DNA of 64,000 bases from a virus: IMG/VR virus record IMGVR_UViG_3300021197_001602, positions 1-64,000 of that record; one strand, written 5' to 3'. Each line of letters begins with the position of its first letter. Within the stretch, counting starts at the first letter, position 1. The notes beneath the pieces are model-generated. The model did no database searches, was not told where the DNA came from, and worked only from the letters and a program-made list of their open reading frames with translations. The position numbers and the translations under genes are program-made. Positions 1 to 10,602 of the stretch are shown here, piece after piece.

Positions 1-2
1 CG

Positions 3-542
3 AACCTTCGTCAGGGTGTTCTTGACAATGGTCTTACCCTGGGGGCATCAGCGCAGGGTGCAATTCTTGCTCATAATGGGTCGGCATGGGGTCACACCAT
101 TCCTACGCAAATGGTTGAGTTCCAAGTTTCGTATTCTTCCGCAGGCGACGCTTCGATTCCTGGTGTAGGTGAGGGCTCCATTGTCAATGGTGCTTACGCA
201 TCAGCCACAGATTACACCAAGCCAGGTTGGGTTTCCAAGGAAGCTTCGGGTGACTACGCAGGTATGTTCAAGGTTGACCTTGCTGATATCTTCGGCAACG
301 GAACCAACCTTTTCGGTCCACCAAACTTCATGGCTCAGGTCTTTGTCGTCAGCGACAACGGTCAGGTTCAAGAACTTGCTGGCACGAACATGGTAGTTGA
401 TGGCGAATCGCCAAGCGCTACTGGCACTTATAGTGCTGGTCCGTGTGAAGCTTACTTTGACCTTGACGGTGCGGCAGCAACCGACATCAAAAAGATTAGG
501 ATTGCCTTTAATCAAATCGGTGCTCCATTGATGAGCAGCTAA
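3..542 (+). CDS. C-terminal part of a Gly/Ala/Ser-rich probable virion structural protein (5' end outside the window)
   Basis: The frame of ORF 111..542 stays open back to position 3 (NLRQGVLDNGLTLG...). It is followed by a terminator and the head genes. Confidence 0.6.
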   Translation, partial: NLRQGVLDNGLTLGASAQGAILAHNGSAWGHTIPTQMVEFQVSYSSAGDASIPGVGEGSIVNGAYASATDYTKPGWVSKEASGDYAGMFKVDLADIFGNGTNLFGPPNFMAQVFVVSDNGQVQELAGTNMVVDGESPSATGTYSAGPCEAYFDLDGAAATDIKKIRIAFNQIGAPLMSS

Positions 543-595
543 TAGCTGAGGCTAATAAAATAAAATAGAAATCTTATCTTAGGATAAACATTTCG

Positions 596-630
596 GCGGC
601 AGGCTCTTCGGGGTCTGCCGCTTTCTTTTT
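596..630 (+). terminator. Rho-independent terminator
   Basis: GCGGCAGGCTC-TTCG-GGGTCTGCCGC stem-loop followed by TTTCTTTTT. Confidence 0.85.
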
Positions 631-660
631 ATTCAAAATTGGGTTTTTAATCTTTGTGAC

Positions 661-678
661 ACTATTTATTAGAGAAAT
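661..678 (+). promoter_or_regulatory. Putative late-promoter motif ACTATTTATTAGAGAAAT
   Basis: An identical 18-mer lies at 6553 upstream of the sheath gene. The ACTATTTA core recurs upstream of other structural or late genes. Confidence 0.65.
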
Positions 679-738
679 TGGACCTTCAATTGTGTTCAAT
701 ATATAAATATTTATAGATACACACAAGGAGAATCTTCA

Positions 739-1752
739 ATGTCTAGTATGCTAGAACAAGCTATCGTCGATGCGAAAGCACTCAAGGAAGCTGCCATTAA
801 AAGCGCAGAAACGGAATTACTCCAAAAATACTCAGAAGAAATGAAAGAAGCTGTCACTTCCCTATTGGAAGTTGAGGCTGATTTATCAATGGGCGCTGAT
901 GCAGCAATGCCATCAGAAGCACCTCCCTCATTTGCTGGTGGCGAGAACCTTTGTCCTTGCCCTGAAGATGAGGAAGAGTTCGTCGTTGACTTTTCACAAC
1001 TAAGAACACAAGCTGAAGAAGCCGAAGACGAAGGAGAGTCAATTGGCTCAGGTCTTGGCGGAGAAGAAGAATTCTCACTTGGCGATGAAGAAGGTCTTGG
1101 CGGAGAAGAAGACCTTGGACTAGGTGGAGAGGAAGAGGACGAAGAAGAACTCACTCTCGAAGAAAAAGCAATTCTCTCAGACATCTTTAATGAAGATGTT
1201 GTTCTCGATGTCATGAAAGACATGGTGAACGAAGAAGAAGATGAAGATAGTGATGAGGAAGAAGTAGAAGAAGAAGCTGGCGTAGATGTCGATGCTCTTG
1301 AGTCTGGCTTCCAGAAGAAGGAAGAACACCTTCAGAACACTATCGCTGAATTAGCAGAAAGATTAAAAGCTCAAATGAGCAAAACAAAAGAATACAAATC
1401 AGTCGTAGAAAAAATGACTGGTAGACTGGCTGAGGTCAATTTGTCCAACGCCAAGTTACTATATACGAATCGGGTTCTTAACAATACCTCCCTGAATGAG
1501 CGACAAAAGAATAAAATTGTCGAATCTATTGAAAGTGCCGTATCCGTGGTTGAGGCAAAGACTATCTTTGAAACACTTCAAAATGCTGTGAGCGTCGGCT
1601 CTGTTGCAAAAAGCAGAACTGCAAACTCACTTAGCGAAGCCGTTAGAAGAAATTCTTCACCTTACGCAATCCGTGGCAACGAAAGTGAGCCACAAAAGTT
1701 AAACGATGCATTCTCAGATAGAATGCGGAGATTAGCAGGCATCAATAAATAA
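739..1752 (+). CDS. Prohead core/scaffolding protein (T4 gp22-like position)
   Basis: Very acidic, coiled-coil C-terminal half, many LxE sites, ends RMRRLAGINK, lies directly upstream of the major capsid gene, AGGAG RBS. Confidence 0.75.
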   Translation: MSSMLEQAIVDAKALKEAAIKSAETELLQKYSEEMKEAVTSLLEVEADLSMGADAAMPSEAPPSFAGGENLCPCPEDEEEFVVDFSQLRTQAEEAEDEGESIGSGLGGEEEFSLGDEEGLGGEEDLGLGGEEEDEEELTLEEKAILSDIFNEDVVLDVMKDMVNEEEDEDSDEEEVEEEAGVDVDALESGFQKKEEHLQNTIAELAERLKAQMSKTKEYKSVVEKMTGRLAEVNLSNAKLLYTNRVLNNTSLNERQKNKIVESIESAVSVVEAKTIFETLQNAVSVGSVAKSRTANSLSEAVRRNSSPYAIRGNESEPQKLNDAFSDRMRRLAGINK

Positions 1753-1778
1753 AACATTCTAGGAGGAATATAAAAAAA

Positions 1779-3746
1779 ATGTCTATTCTTAACAAACTAA
1801 CAGAAGGTATCGTCAATCGTGACCTTTCTCGTGATGGCGATGCTCTCCTCAATAAGTGGGAGAAAACAGGTCTTCTTGAGGGTCTTGACGATTACTCAAG
1901 AAACACAATGTCGGTTCTTTTAGAGAACCAAGCAAAGGAACTCCTTCGTGAGTCCAACACAATGCAGGGTGGCGATGTCGAAGGCTTCGCAGCAGTTGCA
2001 TTCCCAATCGTTCGTCGTGTATTCGGTGGTCTTTTGGCACAGAAGCTTGTATCGGTTCAGCCAATGAGCCTTCCAAGTGGTCTTATCTTCTTCATGGACT
2101 TCGTGAAGCAAGGACCAAACGCAGCCACAACAGGCTCAGACTACAATGGTGCTCCAAATAACCAGCAGCGTGGTGAGATGAATGTGCAAAACGACACTGC
2201 CACAGCTTCAGAGCCTTCGGTTTACGGTGGTCAGGTTAAAGGTCGTGGGATTCTCACCTCTGGTGCAGAGCTTGACCCTGAAGCCCGTGGTGCTGTAGGT
2301 GCAGGCAACCAAGCCCCAACACCTCAGTTTCAAGACTTGATTCAAGGTTTCTCAACCGCTCGTGCTCAAGGCGCTCCAACTGCTGGCGAGTGTGTCCTTG
2401 CCCGTGATGAAATCGTTCTTGACGGTTCATTGTCAGACGAAGAAGCTCAGGCTGTTCAGTTCGACCCAGACTTAATGGCTCGTTCTGGCAGCGAGCGTGT
2501 TCGTATTGTTCGTATTACAAGAACAAACTTCAACGCCATGCCCGCAGGAACTGGCGGAACTGGTCAGGCAACTTGCGGTGCAAGAATGTCAGGTCCAGAT
2601 ATTCGTCACTTGGCGGTTCAGGCTGCTGACGGCTCAACCCTTCGTGGCGTTTCCGATGTTGCTGCTGCTGCTGGAGACAATGTTGCACAGGTTCGTCGCT
2701 TGACTCGCCTTGTGACTGGTGATGGTTCAACCCGAGTTTACTCACACATGAACGACGCTGGTGTAGAATATGTTGAGTTCGTGATTGTTGGTATCGCCGA
2801 CGCAGACGGCTCAGCCTTCTCGACGGTTACTGCTTGTAATCAGGGTAACGAAGCAATGGACGGTCTCGGACTTGAGTTCGCTCTTGCCGACAACATTGCT
2901 GAAGCAACTGGTGCAACCTCTCCAAACCCAGACACTCTCGGTGCCCTTGTTGGTCAGACTGCATGGGAAATGGAAGGTTCAGTAGACCTGCCAGAAATCT
3001 CAATCAAGGTTGATTCAGTTGCAGTGACTTCGGTCACCCGTAAGCTGAAGGCTTCATGGTCACCTGAGCTTGCTCAAGACTTGAACGCTTATCATAACCT
3101 TGACGCAGAGGTCGAGTTGACTGGTATTCTTTCGGAGCAGATTGCTCTTGAAATTGACCAAGAAATTCTTGCTGACCTTATTGCTGGTGCAAAGGCTTCA
3201 AGCCTTTACTGGTCACGCCGTCCAGGTCTCTTCGTCAACCGTAAGACGGGTGCCGATGCGACTTCATTGGCTGCTCCACCTGATTTCACAGGTTCAGTAA
3301 GCGAATGGTACGAGACTCTCGTTGAAACTATCAACGATGTTTCGGCTGACATTCACCGCAAGACTCTTCGTGGTGGCGCTAACTTCTTGGTCTGTGGACC
3401 AGAGGTTGCAAACATCCTTGAGTTCACCAGTGGCTTCCGAGCTTCTGTAACTCATGATGACGACAGCGGTTCAGTTGGTGCTCAGCAAGTTGGTTCCATT
3501 TCTAAGAAGTGGGACTTGTATGTTGACCCATACTTCCCTCGTAACATCGTCCTTGTCGGGCGTAAGGGTAGCTCATTCCTCGAAAGTGGATATGTCTACG
3601 CTCCTTATGTACCTCTCCAGACGACACCAACCATCTTCCACGCAGATGACTTCACTCCCCGCAAGGCAGTGATGACTCGCTACGGCAAGAAGCTGGTCCG
3701 TCCTGACATGTACGGTCTTGTTGTTGTTCGTGACCTCGAAGGGTAA
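1779..3746 (+). CDS. Major capsid protein, T4 gp23-like
   Basis: LLENQ, P(I)VRRVF, VSVQPMSLPSGLIF, TRKLKASWSPELAQDL..YH.LDAE.EL, EIDQEI, GYVYAPYVPL and MTRYG motifs. Confidence 0.95.
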   Translation: MSILNKLTEGIVNRDLSRDGDALLNKWEKTGLLEGLDDYSRNTMSVLLENQAKELLRESNTMQGGDVEGFAAVAFPIVRRVFGGLLAQKLVSVQPMSLPSGLIFFMDFVKQGPNAATTGSDYNGAPNNQQRGEMNVQNDTATASEPSVYGGQVKGRGILTSGAELDPEARGAVGAGNQAPTPQFQDLIQGFSTARAQGAPTAGECVLARDEIVLDGSLSDEEAQAVQFDPDLMARSGSERVRIVRITRTNFNAMPAGTGGTGQATCGARMSGPDIRHLAVQAADGSTLRGVSDVAAAAGDNVAQVRRLTRLVTGDGSTRVYSHMNDAGVEYVEFVIVGIADADGSAFSTVTACNQGNEAMDGLGLEFALADNIAEATGATSPNPDTLGALVGQTAWEMEGSVDLPEISIKVDSVAVTSVTRKLKASWSPELAQDLNAYHNLDAEVELTGILSEQIALEIDQEILADLIAGAKASSLYWSRRPGLFVNRKTGADATSLAAPPDFTGSVSEWYETLVETINDVSADIHRKTLRGGANFLVCGPEVANILEFTSGFRASVTHDDDSGSVGAQQVGSISKKWDLYVDPYFPRNIVLVGRKGSSFLESGYVYAPYVPLQTTPTIFHADDFTPRKAVMTRYGKKLVRPDMYGLVVVRDLEG

Positions 3747-3776
3747 TCGATAAACAACATAGCGTAAGCTAAACAT

Positions 3777-3818
3777 GCCCCACCTTGACTTCGGTTAGGG
3801 TGGGGTTTTGTTTTTTTT
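3777..3818 (+). terminator. Rho-independent terminator after the capsid gene
   Basis: GCCCCACCTTGAC-TTCG-GTTAGGGTGGGGT followed by a T run. Confidence 0.9.
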
Positions 3819-3861
3819 GAAACTAGTTAGTACGAGAGAGAGATTCTCGGGAGGATTAAAC

Positions 3862-5202
3862 ATGTCATTACCCACACTGACCCCAGCGCAAACGCAATCT
3901 ACGGTGGTTTTGCCTAAAAGCTATACTGTGCCTGCCTCTGGCTCTGCGGACCATGACACACTTGTCGCCTCTTTTCCTTTTGGAACTTATGCTAATGAAA
4001 ATTACTGGTTTGATAATCAAGCGACGCCTGCAACAGAATATGCGCAGGTCCGCCCATTCTTGCTTGGCGCAGCAGACCAAGTAGCTTTTACTTATAGGAA
4101 GCTCGGCGGAGATGTCCTTGATATTGAACTAACAAAAGAACAAGTCTTCTCAGCATATGAAGAAGCTTGTTTAGAGTATTCATATCTTATAAACATTCAC
4201 CAATCAAAGAATGTTTTGTCAAATGTTCTTGGTGGAACCACTGGTTCGTTTAATGAAGATGGCATGATTACAGATGCGTTTGGTGCCGACAAGACTATTG
4301 ATAAAACAAGACACCTTTCACTTAAATATCCACGCTTCGACTTTGCTTATGCTCGAAGAGTTACTGACGGTATTTCAGAAGAGGCAAATGTTGGAGGCTC
4401 ATCAAGAATTTATTCAGCGTCCTTCAGCATCGTATCAGACCAACAAGATTATGACTTGCAAGCTATTGTTGCAGCCGACTCAGACTTTACAGCGATTGTC
4501 GGTACACCACAAAACAAAATATTAATTAAAAAAGTATATTACCAAACACCCAAGTCCATGTGGAATTATTATGGCTACTACGGCGGCGTTAATGTAATGG
4601 GCAACTTGTCTACTTATGGACAGTTTTCCGATGATTCAACTTACGAGTTGGTTCCAGCTTGGCAAAACAAGATGCAAGCCAAGGCGTTTGAAGAATCTCT
4701 TTATGTAAGAGCGTCCCATTCGTCTTACGAGCTTAAAAACAACAGATTAAGAATCTTCCCCACCCCAGGTGACACAACCCCAGCGAAGATGTGGATTGAG
4801 TTCCTGGTTCCTTCGGATACATGGGATGAATCCAGTGGTATCAACGATGGGATTAGTGGCGTGAACAACATGAACACAATTCCTTTGCAAAATGTTCCTT
4901 ATAAAAACATTAACTCGATTGGTAAACAGTGGATTCGAAGATTCGCTCTTGCACTTTCAAAGGAAATGCTCGGTCTTGTCCGTTCGAAGTTCTCTTCGAT
5001 ACCAATTCCAGGCAACGATATCTCAATGAATGGCGACGCTCTTATTTCATCAGGAAAAGAAGAGCAAACAGCCCTTAGAGATGAGCTTAAGGAAATTCTA
5101 GATGAATTGACCTACGGTAAGATGCTTGAGGGCGACGCAGAATCTGTCGAGAACTCAAACAAAGTTATTTCAAAGGTACCGACTTTAATTTATAGAGGGT
5201 AG
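3862..5202 (+). CDS. Neck/head-completion protein (T4 gp13-like)
   Basis: RKLGGDVLDIELT, WIRRFALAL.KE.LG.VRSKF..IP.PG..I.MNGD; position after the capsid gene; GGAGG RBS before ATG 3862. Confidence 0.75.
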   Translation: MSLPTLTPAQTQSTVVLPKSYTVPASGSADHDTLVASFPFGTYANENYWFDNQATPATEYAQVRPFLLGAADQVAFTYRKLGGDVLDIELTKEQVFSAYEEACLEYSYLINIHQSKNVLSNVLGGTTGSFNEDGMITDAFGADKTIDKTRHLSLKYPRFDFAYARRVTDGISEEANVGGSSRIYSASFSIVSDQQDYDLQAIVAADSDFTAIVGTPQNKILIKKVYYQTPKSMWNYYGYYGGVNVMGNLSTYGQFSDDSTYELVPAWQNKMQAKAFEESLYVRASHSSYELKNNRLRIFPTPGDTTPAKMWIEFLVPSDTWDESSGINDGISGVNNMNTIPLQNVPYKNINSIGKQWIRRFALALSKEMLGLVRSKFSSIPIPGNDISMNGDALISSGKEEQTALRDELKEILDELTYGKMLEGDAESVENSNKVISKVPTLIYRG

Positions 5203-5213
5203 AGGAGTAGTAA

Positions 5214-5702
5214 ATGGCTGATAACAAATGGGAACAACCAGACGCTCCACCACCTCCATTATTTGCAGGCAAAAAAGAGCGTGATTTGGTCAAACAAGTC
5301 AACGATGAGCTTATCGAGCGTGTCATCGGTCAGACAGTATTATATTATCCAATCGATTTAGAGACTTCAGAGTTCCATCCGCTCTATGGAGAGGCAATTG
5401 ATAAAACTTTCTTGCCTCCAATCCGTGTTCATGCTCTTATCGAGAAAGAAGAGACTGATACGACCTATACAAACTATGGTATTGACAAGGTTAGCAACAT
5501 TACTATCTACTTTCACAAGAGAAGGTTGACGGAAGACCAAGACCTTTGGGTGAGAGAAGGAGATTTTATCCAGTATGACGGTCAGTTGTACGAGATAGCA
5601 GACTTAAGCCAACCAAGATACTTGTTTGGACAAGATAATCAACGATTCGAGATAAGAGCGTCATGTAGAAAGGCGAGAGAGGGAGTGTTCGATGGAAAAT
5701 AA
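5214..5702 (+). CDS. Neck/head-closure protein (T4 gp14-like)
   Basis: ELIERVIGQ.V.YY, HPLYGEA, EGDFI...LYEI pattern; synteny. Confidence 0.65.
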   Translation: MADNKWEQPDAPPPPLFAGKKERDLVKQVNDELIERVIGQTVLYYPIDLETSEFHPLYGEAIDKTFLPPIRVHALIEKEETDTTYTNYGIDKVSNITIYFHKRRLTEDQDLWVREGDFIQYDGQLYEIADLSQPRYLFGQDNQRFEIRASCRKAREGVFDGK

Positions 5703-6528
5703 AGAAGCAGGTTACGAAAAGCAGCTTGGCGACTCATCGTTAGAAGATTTTGACTATGCAGTCTTTAATTGGCTTAACGAAACGCTCGACCTTCATGCAA
5801 GAACAAATAAAGGCTGGAAAAAGGTTCCTGTTATTTGGGTTGCAGGCGAGAAAGTTCACCAAGCAAAGAAAAATCCAGACTTGCGTGACTCTTCAGGTGC
5901 CTTAATCCTTCCCTTGACGACTGTGGAGCGTACAGGCGTCGCTAAAGACCCTACTAGAAGAGGTACAGCGGCAGCCAATGTTCCAAACAATAATGATAAC
6001 AAGGGTGGAGCCCTTACAATCGCAAAAAGAATTAAACAAGACAAAACAGCGACCTTTGCCAACGCAGCAGCGGCAAAGAAACCTCCAATCAACTTTCGGA
6101 CAGCAAAGAATGACCGAGTTGTATATGAAGTAATAAATATTCCAAATCCAGTTTACATAGAGGCTACTTATGTGGTAATATTGCGTACTGAATACCAAGA
6201 ACAGATGAATAATCTAATTCAACCATTCATGACGAGAACTGGAGGACCAAATCACACAATAATCAAACATAATAAACACCGCTATGAAGCTTTCATCGGT
6301 CAGGACTTTTCATTCGAGAATACTGTATCCGATATTGGCGACGGCGAAAGGAATTACATCACAACTATCGAAATTAAAGTCCTTGGTGCCTTGATAGGCG
6401 ATGGACCAAATCAAGAGAAACCAAAGAGGGCAATTCGAGAGACAATTGTAGATGTAAAACTGATGAGAGAAAGAGTGATGATGGGCGACGAAGCTCAATT
6501 CGCCGAAGATAAAAAATATCGTGAGTAA
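5692..6528 (+). CDS. Tail terminator/sheath stabiliser (T4 gp15-like)
   Basis: KVPVIW..GE, LILPL, EQMN.LIQ; lies between the neck and sheath genes. Confidence 0.6.
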   Translation: MENKEAGYEKQLGDSSLEDFDYAVFNWLNETLDLHARTNKGWKKVPVIWVAGEKVHQAKKNPDLRDSSGALILPLTTVERTGVAKDPTRRGTAAANVPNNNDNKGGALTIAKRIKQDKTATFANAAAAKKPPINFRTAKNDRVVYEVINIPNPVYIEATYVVILRTEYQEQMNNLIQPFMTRTGGPNHTIIKHNKHRYEAFIGQDFSFENTVSDIGDGERNYITTIEIKVLGALIGDGPNQEKPKRAIRETIVDVKLMRERVMMGDEAQFAEDKKYRE

Positions 6529-6552
6529 TTTTATCTTTTGAGGAAATCCTCT

Positions 6553-6570
6553 ACTATTTATTAGAGAAAT
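6553..6570 (+). promoter_or_regulatory. Putative late-promoter motif
   Basis: Exact copy of the 18-mer at 661. Confidence 0.65.
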
Positions 6571-6630
6571 GCCACAAGGCTTTTAGGCGTTCAAGCCGCA
6601 AATGTATATATGCTTTAAGGAGAAACAACA

Positions 6631-9600
6631 ATGTCCGTTAAGAAATTTAAGTTCGTATCACCAGGGGTTTTCGTTAATGAAATCGATAATTCCCAACTAA
6701 CAAAACAAGGTGACGATATTGGACCAGTAATTATTGGTACAGCGCTAAGAGGACCATCAATGGTTCCAACAAGAATCGAGTCATTCTCTGACTTCGTAGA
6801 AACTTTCGGTGAGCCCCTTTCGGGTAGCGAAGGTTCCGATGTCTGGAGAGAAGGGAACAAGCTAGCGCCTACCTATGCTGCATATGCTGCACAAGCTTAT
6901 TTGCGTAATGCTTCCCCTGTTACTTTCGTTCGTCTTTTGGGTGAAGCTCATCCTGACGGCAGCGACAAGGCTGGTTGGAGCATCACAGACCCATCTACTG
7001 CATTCGACGCCGCAGGCGACGGTGCTGCTGGTGCATACGGTCTATTCATCTCGAACGGTGGTTCCGCAGCCGTGGCTGCCAAGGGCTCTGTTGAGTTCAA
7101 CACTGTTGTTATTGCCAATGCAGGCTTCAATGTTACCTACGATGGCGGTTCTGCTGTCACAGAGGCAAGTGGTACACACCCAGCATTCTCAATCGATGTT
7201 TCAAGCAACAATGCTGGTAATGACACGCTAACTATGACGCACTTCGACGGTGACACAAGCTCGCTTGTTTTGGGTGACGGTGCTGGTAAGCAGGTTGTCG
7301 GTGGTGCTGCTGCTGTAGCAGACCAAAGAAACAATCTTGTCTCTTATATTAATACAACTTTCCCAGAGCTTGAAGCAATCGGTGATAGCGTTGATGTTTC
7401 AAAGCTTTATGTTCGTGAAAAGGCAAGGGTCAAGGTTGCAGGCGCAGGCTCAGTCAATGTTGCATTTATTGCAGGCGCAAACAACCTAACAGTTGTGGAA
7501 GGTTCTTCATCTGCATTTTGTAACTTCTCAGGCGGCGTCGCTGCACAGGTTTTCTCAGCAGGTGCCTATGCTGGCGTTGCGGAGACTGGAGCCAGCACGA
7601 TTTCATTAGCCAAGGCGATGGAGTCAGCAGGCATTTCACCATTCCATTCATTCACAGGGGCAGCGTCGGTTGATGCCCAGTTGGCAACTCAGTTTGCTGC
7701 CCTCGGCTCATTCGGAGCCAACACTCTTGCCGTTGACGGTACTGACACCACAAAGGTAGTAGTCACTTCTACCGCTGAAGGCACAGCAGGAAATTCAAAA
7801 GCAATTGCAGGCAGCGTCGGAACTGTTGTAGGTACAGGTACAGGCACTTCTGGCTCAGCTTCCTCTCTTACTGGTCAAACAGGTGCACTTGCAGCGATTC
7901 TTTATGCTAAGAGTGGTGCAATTTCGCTTATGGGTAGCTCGGCACTATTTGCCACGCCAACCGTATCTGGTGTTGGTGTGTGGATGCGCTCAGACGGAGC
8001 AAACAACCAATTCAAGCTTCGTGTTCAAAACACCGCTGGAAGCAAGTCGGATATCAGCAACAAAGAAGATATCTCGTTCAACTTTAACAAGAACTCAAGA
8101 CTTTATGTCCGAAATGTGCTTAACACGAACCCAACGCTTTGTGATGCGAATGTTTCGGGCACAGGAAAGCTTAAGGCATATTTCCTCGGAGAAACCTTTG
8201 ACCGCCACTTGGCAGATGTACAAGCTGGTATCTCAACGGCTAAGGGCGCACAGTACGCTTGTTTGTTACCCATCAAGGGAGCAGGTAATCATGAGTCAAA
8301 TGCGTCCCCCGCAAAGACTCCTTGGATTATTTCGCAACACAATGGTAACCCCGCAGAGCTTGATACCACCTCTTCAGCACTTCTTAATGATGGAAGTGTA
8401 GAATCCAAGGGTATTGAAAAGCTTATGAGACTTCATTCTCTTTACGCTGGACAGTGGGAAAGAAAAAATCTTAAAGTTGCGATTGAAGACATCAAGGCAC
8501 CTTCAGATAAATTTAACCCATATGGAACCTTCTCGGTTGTAGTTCGAAGAGTAGAAGACTCGGACGCTGCACCAACTATCGTAGAAAGATTCTCCTCATG
8601 TAACTTGAACCCAGCTTCAGCCGACTATGTTGGTAAGAAGATTGGTGACATGCACATGGTTTGGGACGACGATGAAAGAAGATATCAGGCTCACGGTCAG
8701 TTCGAGAACCAATCACGCTTCTTGCGTGTTGAGGTATCAAGCTCGGTTGAGTCGGGACTAGCGGATGCCAGAATGCTTCCATTCGGCTTCCTTGGACCAA
8801 AGAAAAAGAAAGATATCGTTTTCACCAACGCTGCGACCCCAACACTCGAAATCGGCGGTGTAGCCACCGACTTCCTTATGGATGCAGAAGATAGTGAGCT
8901 TAAGTTTCACAGTGCCTCGGCTTCTAGCGCTGGTAGCGCATGGGCTGCCGCTGATGAAAAGATTGTAATCGGACCAGCCACCGATGGAGCCACAACTAGG
9001 AGTACTGCGGATTTCTCGGTAACTCTTAAGTTTCCTTCAATGGCACTGAGAACAACTTCCGCTGATTCAACTCTTTCTTCACCGAGAGATGCAAACTTTG
9101 GTATTACGACTTCTGAACGAGGCAGCGATTCTATCTTTGATGAATCTTACATGGACCTTGCAGGCTACTGCGGTTTTGGTACGCCAGTTGGTGGCGACGA
9201 CGCAACCGCAGTTGGAGCTAACGATGAACATCAGTTTATCTTCACTCTTGATGATATTCGTTATCCGTATACCATCGCCGAGGGCGGAGGCAACACCGAT
9301 GCCAATGCTCCTGCTGTGACCTCGAAGCCTAAGAACTTTATTTGGGAAGCAGGCTCCAGAGCATCCGCAGGTGCCCACAGCGTTGCTTCGATTACTGGAT
9401 ACACTCCAGCTTCAGGAATCCCAGGTGGATTCGAAGCTATTCTCGACAAGGGAATTCAAAGCTTCACACTGCCTCTTCTTGGCGGTCACGACGGCATTGA
9501 TGTTTTCCAAGTTCAACCATTCAGTTATCACGCAAGCGCAAGCTCAAATACTGCTCTTGCCTCGGCTGATAGTTCTGCACTAAGCCACTATGCTCTTAAC

Positions 9601-10503
9601 TCGCTTAAGAAAGCAGTGGATACAGTTGCAGACCCTGAAGTTGTGGACATGAACCTCTTGGCAGCACCTGGAATGACCCACCCTTCAATCACGAACCATA
9701 TGGTTTCTGTTTGTGAGAGTCGTGGTGATGCCTTGGCTGTTATTGACCTTGACAACGATTACATGCCAACGGGCATGGATGTGTCAAAGTCTGAGGCTGA
9801 TAGAATGCCAAATGTGGACCAAGCAATTACCTCACTGAGAGAGCGCTCGCTCAACTCAAGTTATGGTTGTGCTTTCTTCCCATGGGTACAGATTGCAGAT
9901 ACAATGTCAGGTCGTGTTCTTTGGGCACCTCCTTCAATTGCTGCACTCGGAACAATGGCTTCCTCATCGAGAAAGTCAGAGCTTTGGTTCGCTCCAGCAG
10001 GATTCACCCGTGGTGGTCTTACTGACGGCGCAGCAGGTGTTCCAGTATCATCGGTTCGTCTCCGCCTTAACTCTAAGGAAAGAGACAAGCTCTATGAAGC
10101 AAACATTAACCCGATTGCTCAATTCCCAGCAGAAGGAATTGTTATCTTCGGACAGAAAACACTTCAAGTCACTCCATCGGCACTGGACAGAATTAATGTT
10201 CGCCGCCTGATGATTTTCTTGAAGAAGTCAATCTCTCGCATGGCAAAGACCGTTCTGTTTGACCAGAATGTCGAAAGCACTTGGTCGAGATTCACTTCAC
10301 AGGCTGACCCGTTCTTGGCTTCTGTCAAGTCACGATTTGGTCTGAGCGAGTATAGAATTATTCTCGATAAGACAACCACCACTGCCGAGCTTGTTGATAG
10401 AAATATCATGTACGCTAAGATTCTTCTTAAGCCTACAAGAGCCATCGAGTACATTGCGATTGACTTCGTGATTACTGACAGCGGAGCGTCGTTCGACGAT
10501 TAA
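6631..10503 (+). CDS. Contractile tail sheath protein with large insertions
   Basis: N-terminal FVSPGVFVNEID; C-terminal WFAPAGFTRG, LYEANINPI, GQKTLQ..SALDRINVRRL, P.RAIEYI.IDF. Confidence 0.95.
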   Translation: MSVKKFKFVSPGVFVNEIDNSQLTKQGDDIGPVIIGTALRGPSMVPTRIESFSDFVETFGEPLSGSEGSDVWREGNKLAPTYAAYAAQAYLRNASPVTFVRLLGEAHPDGSDKAGWSITDPSTAFDAAGDGAAGAYGLFISNGGSAAVAAKGSVEFNTVVIANAGFNVTYDGGSAVTEASGTHPAFSIDVSSNNAGNDTLTMTHFDGDTSSLVLGDGAGKQVVGGAAAVADQRNNLVSYINTTFPELEAIGDSVDVSKLYVREKARVKVAGAGSVNVAFIAGANNLTVVEGSSSAFCNFSGGVAAQVFSAGAYAGVAETGASTISLAKAMESAGISPFHSFTGAASVDAQLATQFAALGSFGANTLAVDGTDTTKVVVTSTAEGTAGNSKAIAGSVGTVVGTGTGTSGSASSLTGQTGALAAILYAKSGAISLMGSSALFATPTVSGVGVWMRSDGANNQFKLRVQNTAGSKSDISNKEDISFNFNKNSRLYVRNVLNTNPTLCDANVSGTGKLKAYFLGETFDRHLADVQAGISTAKGAQYACLLPIKGAGNHESNASPAKTPWIISQHNGNPAELDTTSSALLNDGSVESKGIEKLMRLHSLYAGQWERKNLKVAIEDIKAPSDKFNPYGTFSVVVRRVEDSDAAPTIVERFSSCNLNPASADYVGKKIGDMHMVWDDDERRYQAHGQFENQSRFLRVEVSSSVESGLADARMLPFGFLGPKKKKDIVFTNAATPTLEIGGVATDFLMDAEDSELKFHSASASSAGSAWAAADEKIVIGPATDGATTRSTADFSVTLKFPSMALRTTSADSTLSSPRDANFGITTSERGSDSIFDESYMDLAGYCGFGTPVGGDDATAVGANDEHQFIFTLDDIRYPYTIAEGGGNTDANAPAVTSKPKNFIWEAGSRASAGAHSVASITGYTPASGIPGGFEAILDKGIQSFTLPLLGGHDGIDVFQVQPFSYHASASSNTALASADSSALSHYALNSLKKAVDTVADPEVVDMNLLAAPGMTHPSITNHMVSVCESRGDALAVIDLDNDYMPTGMDVSKSEADRMPNVDQAITSLRERSLNSSYGCAFFPWVQIADTMSGRVLWAPPSIAALGTMASSSRKSELWFAPAGFTRGGLTDGAAGVPVSSVRLRLNSKERDKLYEANINPIAQFPAEGIVIFGQKTLQVTPSALDRINVRRLMIFLKKSISRMAKTVLFDQNVESTWSRFTSQADPFLASVKSRFGLSEYRIILDKTTTTAELVDRNIMYAKILLKPTRAIEYIAIDFVITDSGASFDD

Positions 10504-10542
10504 TTGAAAATGGGTTGAGGGGGAGATTATTTCTCCCCTGAA

Positions 10543-10552
10543 ACTATTTAAT
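10543..10552 (+). promoter_or_regulatory. Putative late-promoter motif ACTATTTAAT, preceded by a GGGGAGA/TCTCCCC hairpin (10520-10538)
   Basis: Matches the recurrent motif; upstream of the tail tube gene. Confidence 0.55.
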
Positions 10553-10602
10553 AAAAGGAAAGCCTAAACACAAGGCGAACTATTTTTAAGGGAGAAAATA
10601 AA

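Noticed and set aside
711-1223. Ser-rich minus-strand ORF (and the similar one at 42491-42919)
   Set aside because: Antisense of Glu-rich GAA codon runs
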